A stretch of DNA of 64,000 nucleotides from Candidatus Obscuribacteraceae bacterium (GTDB taxonomy: Bacteria; Cyanobacteriota; Vampirovibrionia; Obscuribacterales; Obscuribacteraceae). This document shows, piece after piece, positions 9,189 to 19,999 of the stretch. The first letter of the stretch is position 1; every line of letters begins with the position of its first letter. Location of the stretch: assembly GCA_044229845.1 (NCBI GenBank), contig JBGASG010000004.1, forward strand, positions 384,001 to 448,000, in the 5' to 3' direction. A program made the translations under genes and the position numbers. Below the pieces are notes generated by a model that saw nothing but the letters and a program-made list of their open reading frames with translations, made no database searches and was not told the origin of the DNA.

Positions 9189-10844
9189 CTATCTCTGCTG
9201 CACAGCCGGTTCCCGCACCGGTCGCGGTGCCGGCAATTGCTCCGGCGGTCGCGGTGCCGTTTCGTTTATCTGGCGCGGTGCCGGAGCTGGTTCTGGTTTC
9301 GTCACCGGGTGTTCGGGCTTGTCGCCCTCCGGCGGCTTCGCCTGGTGCTGCAACGCGTGGCGGAAGCGCCCCCATCCGGTCTCGTTGTTCACTAGCTGCG
9401 CGCGGTATTCGCGTTGCACGTGGGCATCGGTGCCCTCACGCAAGTCGCGTCCCGGCAGGAAAACCGAATATCCGCCCAACTGCGCATAGCTGCCGTGTCC
9501 GAAGTAATCGCCCACCAGTTGCTTGCGTTTGGCAAGAACGTCTTCGGCACTGGCTTTTAGTGACCCGTCCGCGTCCTTGATCTTGCCGTCGTCAATCGCT
9601 TTCACTACTTTCTGCGTGAAGTCTTTGAGGTCGTACTTGTCGCCTTTGGCGCTCATGAAGAGAAACAAGAATCCGCCCCCGCCGCCGCCGTAGGTCTCGG
9701 TGTCATCGATGACATCTTCGATGGCGGCGCGATTCTTCTCGTCCTTCAACACGTCGCACATCTTGTCGCCAAATTTGTCCAGGCTGCCGCGGAAGCCCTC
9801 GTACTCCTTGACACTCATGTGAGCGAGAGTTTTGATCGGCACTTTGGCAGGATTGTCGATGCCGAAGTACGACAAGACTTTGCTGATTGCATCAGCGGCC
9901 GCTTGCTTGTCGCGATTGGACTTGATGAAATCGCGCGCTACCTCTTCACCGGTCATCTTCGGATTGGCGAAGATGTGCTCGAGCGGCATGGTCAGCTCCT
10001 GCCCGGCAATGTGCTCGGTCTCCGCCGATGCCACCACGTTTTTGGTGACATCCTTCACTTCGTGGACGACACCGTTTTGCGACATCAGACAGCAATCGAA
10101 ATCGAGCACATCGAGACTCTGACGATTGATCGACTTCAACCCATTGCGCAATGCCTTCGCAAACTCAGGCACCGTCGCGCTTCCCGTATCACCGGTCAGC
10201 CCGAGATTGCCGTTGCCGTGCGAATCGAGCAAGAGCCCCAGCTGCTTCGCGTCGAATCGCTTGCCGGTAAAGGTCAGCAAATCTTCGGTGTCTTTAGCCA
10301 GCCCCACCGATTTTGCCGATTCCAACCAGGTCATTTTGCCGTCTTTGATCAGCCAACGATCTAGATAGTGTCCATCCGGTTGCCCGCTGGCAAAAGCTTC
10401 CGGCGACTGGTAGTCCGGCATGGCCGCCTGCACCACCAGTGACACCGGCTTGTCTTTAGTCTTTTCGGCAAGTTTATGCAGCTCAGCCATGCGCGCTTCC
10501 ACGCCATAGCCCGAGCCGTAATCGGTCGTCAGATTAATCGCGAAAGTCCAGTCTGTCTTCTCCCTCGACAGCCCCTGCTTCACTGCTTCCCAGGTCCGCG
10601 ACAGCGCATCGACTGTATCGGATTTCTTGACGCGCTCAAAAAGAGTTCTAAGTGATGACTGTGCTTCATCACTCAACCGCAGCAATGCATGTTGGGCATC
10701 GTCCAGGGTGGGCGGGGTGAAATCCAACACCTTCGCGCCATCCCAATCTAGGTTTTTAGGAGCCTCGCCTTTATTTGCGCGAGCCATTACATCATCCGGC
10801 GCCTCTACTTTCGCCGGACGGGGGTATGTTTCTAATTCCGCCAT
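9189..10844 (-). CDS. Clostripain-family (C11) cysteine peptidase
   Basis: LLLDSHGNG (catalytic His) and DVLDFDCCLMS (catalytic Cys), VASAETE; Pro-rich C-tail. Confidence 0.8.
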   Translation of the reverse strand: MAELETYPRPAKVEAPDDVMARANKGEAPKNLDWDGAKVLDFTPPTLDDAQHALLRLSDEAQSSLRTLFERVKKSDTVDALSRTWEAVKQGLSREKTDWTFAINLTTDYGSGYGVEARMAELHKLAEKTKDKPVSLVVQAAMPDYQSPEAFASGQPDGHYLDRWLIKDGKMTWLESAKSVGLAKDTEDLLTFTGKRFDAKQLGLLLDSHGNGNLGLTGDTGSATVPEFAKALRNGLKSINRQSLDVLDFDCCLMSQNGVVHEVKDVTKNVVASAETEHIAGQELTMPLEHIFANPKMTGEEVARDFIKSNRDKQAAADAISKVLSYFGIDNPAKVPIKTLAHMSVKEYEGFRGSLDKFGDKMCDVLKDEKNRAAIEDVIDDTETYGGGGGGFLFLFMSAKGDKYDLKDFTQKVVKAIDDGKIKDADGSLKASAEDVLAKRKQLVGDYFGHGSYAQLGGYSVFLPGRDLREGTDAHVQREYRAQLVNNETGWGRFRHALQHQAKPPEGDKPEHPVTKPEPAPAPRQINETAPRPPEQLPAPRPVREPAVQQR

Positions 10845-10974
10845 ATACGCGCACTAGCCTCCGTTCGCTCGGTGCCAGCCCGCGATGGCGAGTAATTGTT
10901 GCAGGTCTTTCACAAACAACATGAGAGGAACGTGCCTTCAGTGGGGTTTTTCCCACAAAAATTTCTCGGTGTCT

Positions 10975-12249
10975 CTATGCCTCAGCCGGTGCGGCTTCCA
11001 GAGACGGCGGCGGCGCTTCGAGCTCAGGCAATTTGTCGGTCAAAAACGAAAACAGCGCACCCATGGCAAACGCCAGCAATAGCAGGAAGTTTGGATTAAC
11101 CAAACCACCTTTCAAGAGGTAGAAGTAATGCACCGGCACATAGATAGGAATCATGCAAAGCAGTGTGCCGACAATTATGGACAGGGTGAGAAACGCCTGG
11201 CGGCGCTGATTGGCAGCCATAAACAGCGCTACCAGACCGGGAGTCGCCAGCACGACATCGTAGTCGTGGCAGTGCCAGGCAGTCACCAGCCCAACCGGCA
11301 CTGCCACCACCAGTGCCGCATAGTACGGGTTGTCCAGGCGACGGGCTTTGTTGCCAGCGAAAAGGCAGGCGCCGAAGGCCAATAGAGCCGCCGCCAACGC
11401 ACCGTATTTGGTGACCGGTGCATCAATGCCGAAAATCAACCCCAATTGTCCACGCACCGTCGGATTGATAACCGACTGCATAAGATCGGCGCTGGCAGGA
11501 TCGAGCACCAGATGTACATAGTTTTGGTAACCGACGATGCCGAAGGTGACCAGCGAGAGCACAGTCATGATCGCGGTCACAGCGGCCAAGCCGGCGATCA
11601 GTCGCCACTGGCGGGCAGCCAGAAAGAAGAGCGCCATCGGCAAGAGTTCTTGCGGTTTCAAGATGAGCAAACCCAGGAAAGCGCCGGCAGTGAAGCGTTT
11701 CCCCTGACGAAAAGACGCGTATGAGAGCATCAAACCAAGCAGCATCAAAGTGGCCGGCTGAGCAATGCGCAACGCCTCGAACGCCGGTCCGAAGGAAACT
11801 ACGGCTGCCACCAGCCACCCCACCCCGACGGCCGGCACGTCAAACTCGCGCTTCATCAGATAAATAGACGCCAGCAATGCCGATACCAGCATGCCCATCC
11901 AGCCGAAGAAAGCCAGCGCAGGCGGAAAGAGCGCGATGGGCAAAAAATACAGCGCCGCCGGTGGTGGCACAAACATGGCCAGCGGGCGCTGCAAGTCAGG
12001 GTGCAGCGTGCGCTCAACCAGGAGCAGCGAGGCGGTGTCATAGACTTCCGCCGCGCGCCCCTGGGCAATCAGGCGGGCAGCCCCGTGATACTGCGGGAAG
12101 TCATTGAGCGTGCCGAAAGCCGCTTTGCAGGAAAGCACAATGATGTAGGCGCTCAGCGCAATCGACAGCAGCGCAGCGCAGACAGAGACTCCGATGCGCA
12201 CGGCGGCAAAGACGGAAGAACGCGGTTTTTCTCCAGGCAGATCGACCAT
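10975..12249 (-). CDS. GT87 family (DUF2029) polytopic membrane glycosyltransferase
   Basis: Early DF motif, PPP, multiple TMs, LKPQ, HxHDYD; start placed at MVDLPG just after TATAAT. Confidence 0.75.
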   Translation of the reverse strand: MVDLPGEKPRSSVFAAVRIGVSVCAALLSIALSAYIIVLSCKAAFGTLNDFPQYHGAARLIAQGRAAEVYDTASLLLVERTLHPDLQRPLAMFVPPPAALYFLPIALFPPALAFFGWMGMLVSALLASIYLMKREFDVPAVGVGWLVAAVVSFGPAFEALRIAQPATLMLLGLMLSYASFRQGKRFTAGAFLGLLILKPQELLPMALFFLAARQWRLIAGLAAVTAIMTVLSLVTFGIVGYQNYVHLVLDPASADLMQSVINPTVRGQLGLIFGIDAPVTKYGALAAALLAFGACLFAGNKARRLDNPYYAALVVAVPVGLVTAWHCHDYDVVLATPGLVALFMAANQRRQAFLTLSIIVGTLLCMIPIYVPVHYFYLLKGGLVNPNFLLLLAFAMGALFSFLTDKLPELEAPPPSLEAAPAEA

Positions 12250-12410
12250 GAGCACATTATATAGACCCCCAGGTCGATCATCTCCGCGCGCAGTACTAAC
12301 TTGCTTAGTAGACACAATCATCAAAAAAGGAGCCGGCAGACACAAAGATAGCGCCAGTGCTACCCAGGTCTGCCGGCGAATGAAGTGGTGCAGTGTTACC
12401 CCGCGAAACT

Positions 12411-15116
12411 TTACGACGCGAAGGTACCGGCCATCGCCAGCGAGGCGTTGTCCGGGTGCATGTGCCGGCGAATGGCGGCATTCACCTGGTCGACGGTGAC
12501 GGCGCTCATCTTGACGGCGTAGTCGTCCATCGAGGCAAGGTCAATCCCGCGCGCCGCGTACTCGCTCAGCTCGTGGGCAACACCCCAGAAGCTTGCCAGC
12601 CGCAGCTGGAAGGTTCCGATGGCGCGTCCCGCTTCGCGATCCAGTTCTGCCTGCGTGATGCCGCCGTCCAGGAACTCCCGCCAGATCGTGCGGGTGAGGC
12701 CGACCGCCTTGTCCACGTTTGCCGGGTTGACCGACAAGCTGATGGAGAAGGGCGCGCCCCGGAAGCTGTCCCAGAAGCTGCTGTAGACGCCGTAAGTCAG
12801 ACCTTCTTCGACCCGCAAGCGCGAGCCGAGACGTCCGAGCATGGTGTCGCCGCCGAAGATGGCGTTGCCGAGGGTGGCGGCATCGTAGTCCGCATCGTTG
12901 ACATCGAGGTCGCCCGGGTGACCCAGCGCGATATCGACGCTCGACTTGTCGACCATCGGAATCCGCACCGTCCGCGGTGCCAGGAGCACCGGCGCATCTT
13001 CCGGCAAAGCAATCGCCGGACCGCCGGTCCAATCGCCGAACGCCTGCTCCACATGCTGCACCGCAGCCTCGACATCGACGTCGCCGACGACGGCGACCAC
13101 GGTGGCGGAGGGCACGTACGTGCGTGTGTGGAAGCCGCGCAGAGCGGCGACGTCCATGCGATCGAGATGCTGCGTCAGCTCATCGTGCGAAGGCACGAAG
13201 TAGAGAGCATCCGGACCGTAGGCGACGCGCGTCAGAGCCGTCGCGGCTACCGAGCCCGGCGAGTTCTTGCCGTGCTGATAGCTGGCCCGCATCTGGCGCT
13301 TGATCGTCTCCAGGTCGCCGTCGTTGAACGTCGGATGGCGCAGCACGTGAGCCAGCAGCTTGAGCAGCTGCGGCACATCGCCACTGGGCACCATCTCGCC
13401 CATCACGGTCTTGCCGGGGCGCACCCACGGACGCAGCGAGCCGGTGACGCCGAGCAAGCGCAATTGGCTTGCCAGCTGCGACTTGCTGAGGTCTTCACTG
13501 CCCATGGGCAACATGTCGGCGACGATGTCCGACAGGTTGACCGCGTCGCGAGGATCCAGATAGTTGCCCGTCTTGACGTAGACGTTCACCGCCGCGGCGC
13601 CCGAGCCCTCGAACGGCAACGCCACCACGGTCAGCCCATTGGGCAGCACCTTCTGGACGATGCGCGGTGCGAAGTTCGTGCGCGTGATCGGCAGCTTCTC
13701 CAGCTCGACCGGGCGTTTCGCCCGCGACTTGCGGACGCGACGCTGCGGTTTCTTGCCGGTAGCAGCTGCAGCACCACTGGCGGTGGCGTCTTCGGCCGCA
13801 TCGACGACGATCTCGGCCTCGACCTGCTCCTGCTCGGGCACGAGAATGCCGACGGTGCGGTTCTTCTCCTGGAAGTAGGTGCGAGCAACACGCTGCACGT
13901 CTTCCGCGGTGACGGCGTCGAACTTGTCGTCGTAGTCCACGAGCCAGCGCCAGGTGGAATGGGCTTCGGCGCCGCCGAGGGTGAACGCCATGCGCGCGGC
14001 ATCGGCCCTGACGAGCACGGTGCCTTTGCGGTTGGCGATCTTGATCGCGGACAGTTCCTCGTCCGATACCAGCTCGGTCTGCAGCCGCTCGATCTCGCGC
14101 CGCACCGCCTGCTCGACTGCGTCGGTAGAGGCGTCGGCACCGACGTCGGCGCTGACCGTGAAGAGCCCGGGATCTTTGAGCTCGTCACAGCTGGCGTAGA
14201 CGCGGCTCACCAGCCCGGTCTCGAAAAGCTGCTTGTAGAGCCGCGAGTCGGGCTGATACGAACTGCCGAGAATGCTGGACAGCATGTTGAGCGCGTAGAT
14301 GTCCGCGTGGGACGTGCTGGGCGTGTGGAAGCCCATCGACACCATGCGCACGTTGCCGGCCAAACCCAGCTTGAAGCGGCGTTCGCCCTTCTGCTCCGGT
14401 TCGACCGTGTAGATCTTCGGCAAGTCCTGCGGCGAGCGCGCAATCTTGCCGAAGTACTTGTCGATCAGGTACAGCGTCTCGAGGCTGTCGAAGTCGCCGC
14501 TCACCACCAGCGTGGCGTTGTTCGGCCAGTAGTGCAGGTTGTAGAAGTCGCTGAGCGCCGAAACCGGCATGCCTTCGACGTCCGACACCCAGCCGATCGT
14601 ATCGTGACGATAGGGATGCGCCTGGAAGGCGGTCGCGTACATAGCCTGACGCATGGCGCCGCCGGCATAGTTTTCGCGCTGCTCCAGTTCGTTGCGCACC
14701 ACCGTCATTTCCGAGTCGAGGTCCGCCTGGCGCAGGCGCAGATTGCGCATGCGGTCAGACTCCAGCTTCAGCACCAGCTCCAGATAGCTGGAGGGCACCA
14801 GCTCGTGATAGATGGTGCGGTCGTACCAGGTGTTGGCATTCGTGCTCGCGCCAATCGGCGCCAGCATGATGTCGAGGCTGTTTCCCTTGTCGGGGTTGAA
14901 CTTCTTCGTGCCCTTGAACATCATGTGCTCGAGCAGATGCGCGATGCCGGTCACTCCGAGACCTTCATTGCGACTGCCGACCTTGTAGACGACCAGCACC
15001 TCGACCACGGGTCGCGAGCGGTCTTCTTGCAGGACAACTTTCAGTCCATTGGGCCACGTGAACTCCGTGCACCCAAAAGCCGGTTCGCCCTGGCGAATGT
15101 TAAGCTGCTTTCGCAT
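12411..15116 (-). CDS. M16 (pitrilysin/insulinase) zinc peptidase, two-module
   Basis: GSRNE...GIAHLLEHMMFKGT (HxxEH), ANT..DRT, second module with RLRVEEGLTYGV. Confidence 0.92.
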   Translation of the reverse strand: MRKQLNIRQGEPAFGCTEFTWPNGLKVVLQEDRSRPVVEVLVVYKVGSRNEGLGVTGIAHLLEHMMFKGTKKFNPDKGNSLDIMLAPIGASTNANTWYDRTIYHELVPSSYLELVLKLESDRMRNLRLRQADLDSEMTVVRNELEQRENYAGGAMRQAMYATAFQAHPYRHDTIGWVSDVEGMPVSALSDFYNLHYWPNNATLVVSGDFDSLETLYLIDKYFGKIARSPQDLPKIYTVEPEQKGERRFKLGLAGNVRMVSMGFHTPSTSHADIYALNMLSSILGSSYQPDSRLYKQLFETGLVSRVYASCDELKDPGLFTVSADVGADASTDAVEQAVRREIERLQTELVSDEELSAIKIANRKGTVLVRADAARMAFTLGGAEAHSTWRWLVDYDDKFDAVTAEDVQRVARTYFQEKNRTVGILVPEQEQVEAEIVVDAAEDATASGAAAATGKKPQRRVRKSRAKRPVELEKLPITRTNFAPRIVQKVLPNGLTVVALPFEGSGAAAVNVYVKTGNYLDPRDAVNLSDIVADMLPMGSEDLSKSQLASQLRLLGVTGSLRPWVRPGKTVMGEMVPSGDVPQLLKLLAHVLRHPTFNDGDLETIKRQMRASYQHGKNSPGSVAATALTRVAYGPDALYFVPSHDELTQHLDRMDVAALRGFHTRTYVPSATVVAVVGDVDVEAAVQHVEQAFGDWTGGPAIALPEDAPVLLAPRTVRIPMVDKSSVDIALGHPGDLDVNDADYDAATLGNAIFGGDTMLGRLGSRLRVEEGLTYGVYSSFWDSFRGAPFSISLSVNPANVDKAVGLTRTIWREFLDGGITQAELDREAGRAIGTFQLRLASFWGVAHELSEYAARGIDLASMDDYAVKMSAVTVDQVNAAIRRHMHPDNASLAMAGTFAS

Positions 15117-15562
15117 TACTAAGTTTCCTCAACAGGTGACGCGTTCTGCGTCGGGAAACACGCGCCGGTGGCGCGTGCGGTGAAACCCTGGAGTCCATAG
15201 TCCGAGCAAGCGAGCCAATTCGTTCGCCTTTTTGCGGCGAAAGAACGTGCGTGAGCAGTGGCGGTTGATGTCGCTTTTGCTGTTTGCGCTAACTCGAATA
15301 TGGGGTGGTCCAGGGTGTACCAGAGACTAGAAACTTGGCACTGCGCAAACAAGAGAGAAGCGGTGGCTGCGGCACCACATTTGGTTTCTCACTGGTAATC
15401 AATGCCTAATTTGCCGCGTAAACATTGGCGATGTTCGCAAAGCTTGACATGCGCGCGCGTGACGGGCGGCGTTCGGGGGTGCTCATTCGCCTCTTAGGGC
15501 AAATCAACACTAGTGTTGAAATCAAGAGGAAGGACTGTCGGCATCAGCTGCCGGCCGTCGCC

Positions 15563-16717
15563 TCAGCCGCGAATTTTGTCGAGCGCCATACACAGCGCAT
15601 CGACGTCTTCCGGCTTGTTGAAATAACCGAAACTGACGCGCACAGCGCCCGTATCCAGCGTGCCCAGCGCCAGGTGCGCCGCCTGCGCGCAATGCAATCC
15701 GGAGCGCGCCGCCATGCCATAATCAGACTCCAGGAGCGACGCCACCATATCTGGTGCGACGTTGGGCAACCGGAAAGAAACGGTCGCTACGCGCTTGGCG
15801 TCGAAAGCACCCAGTATCTCCAACCAGGGACGAGTACCCGCCCAGTCGAGAAACCGCTTCAGCAGCTGCTGTTCTTTTTCGGTCAACACGGCGAAACCGC
15901 CCTGCTGCCCGATCCAGTGCGCAGCGGCTCCCAGTCCCGCGATCGCGGGTCCGTTCGGTGTGCCGACTTCGTAGCGGTCAGGCAACTCTTCCGGCATGGT
16001 CAAATCTTCCGAATGCGAGCCGGTGCCGCCGGCGATAATCGGCTCCAGTCTCAAATCGGGCGAGGCATATAAAAGACCGACGCCGGGCGGACCCATTAAG
16101 CCTTTGTGTCCGGAAGCGCACCAGGCCGCCACACCGAGAGCATCGGCGCTGAAAGGCAGACGCCCGGCCGTTTGCGCCGCATCAACGACCAGCGGCACTT
16201 TATTGGCTTGACAAATGGTTGAGACCAGACGCAGGTCGACGATTTCGCCAGTCACGTTGCTGGCTTCACTCATAATGCAAAGTTTGGGTTTTTCGCGCAA
16301 TAGCGCCGAGGTCAGATCGTGCAAATCGACCACAGACCAGGGTTTGTAGGGCAGAGTGTGCACCTTCAACCCGATCTGATTCTGCAACTGCGTGAGCGGT
16401 CGCATCACCGCATTGTGCTCGAGAGCCGATACCACAACCGAGTCACCCGGCTCCAATTTGAATCCCTTGATGACCATGTTGAGCGAATATGTGCAGCCAG
16501 GGGTGAAAATCAGGCGCTCCGGATGTTTCGCCCCCAAAAGATCCGCAATCAGGACCCGCGAGTTGTGAATCGCGCGCGCCGCCTGCATGGCAAACTGGTG
16601 CGCACCGCGCCCGGGGTTGCCGGCTTCGCGCAAAAAGTGCGAATGCGCGGCATAAACATCCTCCGGTTTCGGAAGGGTGGTTGCCGCGTTATCAAGATAA
16701 ATCCGCCGCTGCTGCAT
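15563..16717 (-). CDS. Cysteine desulfurase family (aminotransferase class V) enzyme
   Basis: IYLDNAATT, EHNAV, VDAAQTAG, SGHKGLMGP (PLP Lys), RSGLHCA (catalytic Cys). An alternative GTG start exists at 16741. Confidence 0.9.
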   Translation of the reverse strand: MQQRRIYLDNAATTLPKPEDVYAAHSHFLREAGNPGRGAHQFAMQAARAIHNSRVLIADLLGAKHPERLIFTPGCTYSLNMVIKGFKLEPGDSVVVSALEHNAVMRPLTQLQNQIGLKVHTLPYKPWSVVDLHDLTSALLREKPKLCIMSEASNVTGEIVDLRLVSTICQANKVPLVVDAAQTAGRLPFSADALGVAAWCASGHKGLMGPPGVGLLYASPDLRLEPIIAGGTGSHSEDLTMPEELPDRYEVGTPNGPAIAGLGAAAHWIGQQGGFAVLTEKEQQLLKRFLDWAGTRPWLEILGAFDAKRVATVSFRLPNVAPDMVASLLESDYGMAARSGLHCAQAAHLALGTLDTGAVRVSFGYFNKPEDVDALCMALDKIRG

Positions 16718-16818
16718 GACCGATGCGAAGATGATACCCACTGGAAACAGGCGCCAACGCCGCTTGGCGAGCCAGTCAGACGCTATGCTAGCATTTCTTC
16801 CAGGCAGAAGGTTTTCTT

Positions 16819-17379
16819 ATGGCAAGCGAAAAATTACTCGCGCGAGATGAGACGCTAAAGCTCTTGTTTTCAACCGGCGAAAACCTGTCCATCTTGCGCG
16901 CCATTCGCGACGTCCGTCTACCTGACTGCTGGCTGGCCGGCGGCGCCGTACGCAATACCGTCTGGCGAGAGATTTTCGGCGAAGCCTGTCGTCTGGGCAT
17001 TAAAGATTTCGATGTCGCATTTTTTGACAAAGATGCCGACCGCTCGGTTGAGGCACGCGCCCGCGAGATTCTCGAAAAAGAGTTCCCTCACCACAAATTC
17101 GATGTGAAAAACCAGGCCAGCTTCGGCGTCTGGCGCGACGGCCACTTTGTTTTCACCAGCTGCGAAGACGGTATAGCCCATTGGCTGCATACAGCTACCG
17201 CAGTCGGCGTGCGGCTGAATGCCGACGACGAGATCGAGATATTTCAACCTTATGGTCTCGACGACCTTTTTCAGGGCGTGGTGCGCCCGACTCCCGAACA
17301 AGTGGGCAAAGAAGCGGCGCTTTCCAAACGCGATCAGTTCTTGTCCGGCTGTCCGGCTTTGAAATCCGTGGATGCCTGA
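16819..17379 (+). CDS. Nucleotidyltransferase family protein (DUF925-like)
   Basis: CWLAGGAVRN.VW, IKDFDVAFFD, VKNQA, TATAVGVRL, PYGLDDLF. Confidence 0.85.
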   Translation: MASEKLLARDETLKLLFSTGENLSILRAIRDVRLPDCWLAGGAVRNTVWREIFGEACRLGIKDFDVAFFDKDADRSVEARAREILEKEFPHHKFDVKNQASFGVWRDGHFVFTSCEDGIAHWLHTATAVGVRLNADDEIEIFQPYGLDDLFQGVVRPTPEQVGKEAALSKRDQFLSGCPALKSVDA

Positions 17380-17399
17380 TTAAAGGAGGAACCCTGCGC

Positions 17400-19586
17400 A
17401 TGCCCCAACCCGCGCATTGCAGAAGAACCGAAATGGCGATGGCACTATCGGTGGCGCTTGTGGCTGCACTTTGTCAAACCAGCTGCACCATGCAACTGCC
17501 CAGCGCGGAAGAAACTGTGGAGAACGTGCCCGTCTTCGCCGTCACCGGCACTACAGGCGGTGCGCTGCCCATATTCAAGCAGGTGGAACATCTCAGTCCC
17601 GCCGAGCGCGTGACGCCGCTGCGCGAGTTCTACAACGCCGCTGCCGACCCGGTCGTCAAACAGAAAGCCGCATATGTCCTGGCGCGCGCTCTGCAGGCGC
17701 GCGGCGGCAACGCTGAACTTACCGAAGCAGTAACCTTGTTCGGTGTTGCTGCGCAATACAAACCGCTCTGGGAGCGCTCGCAGTGGCATGTGTCTGAATG
17801 CGCCATCAGACTCAATGACGAAAAGACCGCCCGCCAGGCCTTCGAGTCCCTGGTGTCCAAATCTCCCGATGAAACCATGAAAGCCGCAGCTCAGTACGGC
17901 CTGGCTCAGTCATTCTTGCGCACCAGCGATGCCGAGAAAGCCGCCGCCGACCTGGCTAAACTGCGCAAGATGGCGCCCACCAGTCAGTACGCCATCGGCA
18001 GCCTCTATTATCTGGGCGAGATGGCGCTGTCCGGCGATAAACAAGACGACGGCATCGCGCTCTTTCGGCAATATCTGGCAGCCAGTCCTGATGGGCGTTT
18101 CGCCGGCGAGATCATGAAACGGCTGAAGACTCTGCCTGGCTTCACCGCCACCACCGACGATCACAATCTCTTCGCCTCGGTGTGCTATGCAGTCGGTGAC
18201 TACTCAGGCGCGCTGCGCGAATGGCAGGCGGCCGGCAACAACAAAGTCTGGTTCAAGCAAGCGATCGCCTTGATCCGCTCGAAGCGCGTCAAAGAAGCGC
18301 AGTCTGTGCTGCTGGCAGGCATGAAAGCGCATCCCGATGATGACGCGGTGGTGCCGGCAGCAACTTTGCTCGCCAAGTATCTGACCAGAGCGGAAGCCAT
18401 CGAGATGTGGCGCGCCGTCCTCACTTCCTGCCCCAAACACAACGATGCGGCACTCTATAATCTGGCGTACCGCACAGATGAGCTCAGTTATTACAACGAC
18501 ATCTTGCGCACGCATCCGACCTCCGCGTTCGCTCCGGAGTCGGCCTGGTGGCTGACCTGGAACCAGATCAAAGGCGGTCATACACAGCAGGCGTTGACCA
18601 TGGCCCAAGCTGGACTGCAGCAGTATCCGGAAACCAAAGCCGGTCCGCGATTTGCTTTCTGGTGCGGCAAACTGGAAGAGCGCCTTGGACACAAAGACCT
18701 GGCGCGTGCCGCCTACCAGGCGGCTGCCGATCGTTTTCCAGCTAATTATTACGGGCACCGTTCGAAAGCACGTCTGTCCGCACTGAACGGCAAGTCTGAC
18801 CGAGGCTGGTCTACACGCCCGGCACGCGACATGCAGCTGTACGCAGCGGCACTGGACGCCACAAGCGACTGGACATGGCCGGAGCCGCCGGAGCTGGTTT
18901 CTTACGAAGCAATCGCCCGCACTGCCGGTCCGACGATTGCCACATTGACTGAATTACGCCAGTGGGAAGAGGCATTCCAGCTGCTTCCTAAAGAAACGAT
19001 GCCGCTTCTGCGCTCGTTCTATTACGCCAAACTCAATCTGCCTCTGGAATCTATCAATGAAGTGAGCGGCAAAATGCAAGGCGCGCCGCACAATGCACCA
19101 CCCTGGAAAATGTCGTTCCCGCTCTTATATGCGCGCATCGTCAATCGAGAAGCAGCCGTCAAGCATGTGGACCCGCTCCTGGCCCAGGGGCTGATTCGCG
19201 AGGAATCGCGCTACAACGCGCAGGCGCTCAGCAGCTCGCACGCGATTGGATTGATGCAGCTCTTGCCCGGCACCGCCTATGGTGTGGCCAAACGATTGGG
19301 CGTCAAGCTCAGCAGCAATGCCGATATTCACAAACCGGAGAACAACATCAAGCTGGGAGTCGATTACATGAGCTACGTGCTGCAGAGGCAGGGTGGCAAC
19401 GCACTGCTGGCAGTGGCAAGTTACAACGGCGGACCGAATGCCGTGGCACACTGGACGCAGACCTTCGGCACAGCCGATATGGATCTGTTCGTCGAGCAGA
19501 TACCTTACACGGAGACTCGAGACTACGTCCGCAAAGTGTTCAGCAGTTACTGGAACTACGAATCGGTTTATCAGGGCGGCAGCTAG
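17400..19586 (+). CDS. Soluble lytic transglycosylase with TPR scaffold (Slt70-like)
   Basis: Strong RBS AAAGGAGG; TPR helices; SLT motifs IREES, AIGLMQL, ASYNGG, ETRDYV. Confidence 0.9.
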   Translation: MPQPAHCRRTEMAMALSVALVAALCQTSCTMQLPSAEETVENVPVFAVTGTTGGALPIFKQVEHLSPAERVTPLREFYNAAADPVVKQKAAYVLARALQARGGNAELTEAVTLFGVAAQYKPLWERSQWHVSECAIRLNDEKTARQAFESLVSKSPDETMKAAAQYGLAQSFLRTSDAEKAAADLAKLRKMAPTSQYAIGSLYYLGEMALSGDKQDDGIALFRQYLAASPDGRFAGEIMKRLKTLPGFTATTDDHNLFASVCYAVGDYSGALREWQAAGNNKVWFKQAIALIRSKRVKEAQSVLLAGMKAHPDDDAVVPAATLLAKYLTRAEAIEMWRAVLTSCPKHNDAALYNLAYRTDELSYYNDILRTHPTSAFAPESAWWLTWNQIKGGHTQQALTMAQAGLQQYPETKAGPRFAFWCGKLEERLGHKDLARAAYQAAADRFPANYYGHRSKARLSALNGKSDRGWSTRPARDMQLYAAALDATSDWTWPEPPELVSYEAIARTAGPTIATLTELRQWEEAFQLLPKETMPLLRSFYYAKLNLPLESINEVSGKMQGAPHNAPPWKMSFPLLYARIVNREAAVKHVDPLLAQGLIREESRYNAQALSSSHAIGLMQLLPGTAYGVAKRLGVKLSSNADIHKPENNIKLGVDYMSYVLQRQGGNALLAVASYNGGPNAVAHWTQTFGTADMDLFVEQIPYTETRDYVRKVFSSYWNYESVYQGGS

Positions 19587-19628
19587 CGCCCAGACGACTA
19601 TGCCTTGTTTCTTGCCTGATACTAAATA

Positions 19629-19865
19629 CTATGTTTCGCCGAGAGCCGGCTCGTCGTGGGCCTTTTCGGCCGCATCGCCCACATCGGCTATACCGAACAA
19701 CGACTTCCAGAAACCGCCCTTCTGCGCCCGATTGGCGGTGCGGCTGGCGGAGTCGTCAGCACCGCGGTCCGGTGCATTTTTCGGCAATGACTTACCGCAG
19801 GTGGCACACACCGTCTTGGAAGCCGGAGAGCGAAATTGACAACGAGGGCAGATTTGGTAGTACAT
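19629..19865 (-). CDS. Small zinc-ribbon protein
   Basis: CPRC...CATCG followed by FWKSLFG. Confidence 0.65.
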   Translation of the reverse strand: MYYQICPRCQFRSPASKTVCATCGKSLPKNAPDRGADDSASRTANRAQKGGFWKSLFGIADVGDAAEKAHDEPALGET

Positions 19866-19999
19866 ATATTTCAGATACCCTACCCGGGAAAATATCAACC
19901 TGGAGGGCTGCCGACACGCGCACCCCGCCAATTATCATTGTGCCATCGGATTGTTAGACTCGTGTTAAAAACGTGGAAAGCACAGGCAAACTCTGACAT

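Noticed and set aside
12393..15122. 909-aa plus-strand ORF
   Set aside because: Antisense shadow of the M16 peptidase; long open antisense frames are expected with strongly G/C-ending codons, and it has no recognisable motifs.
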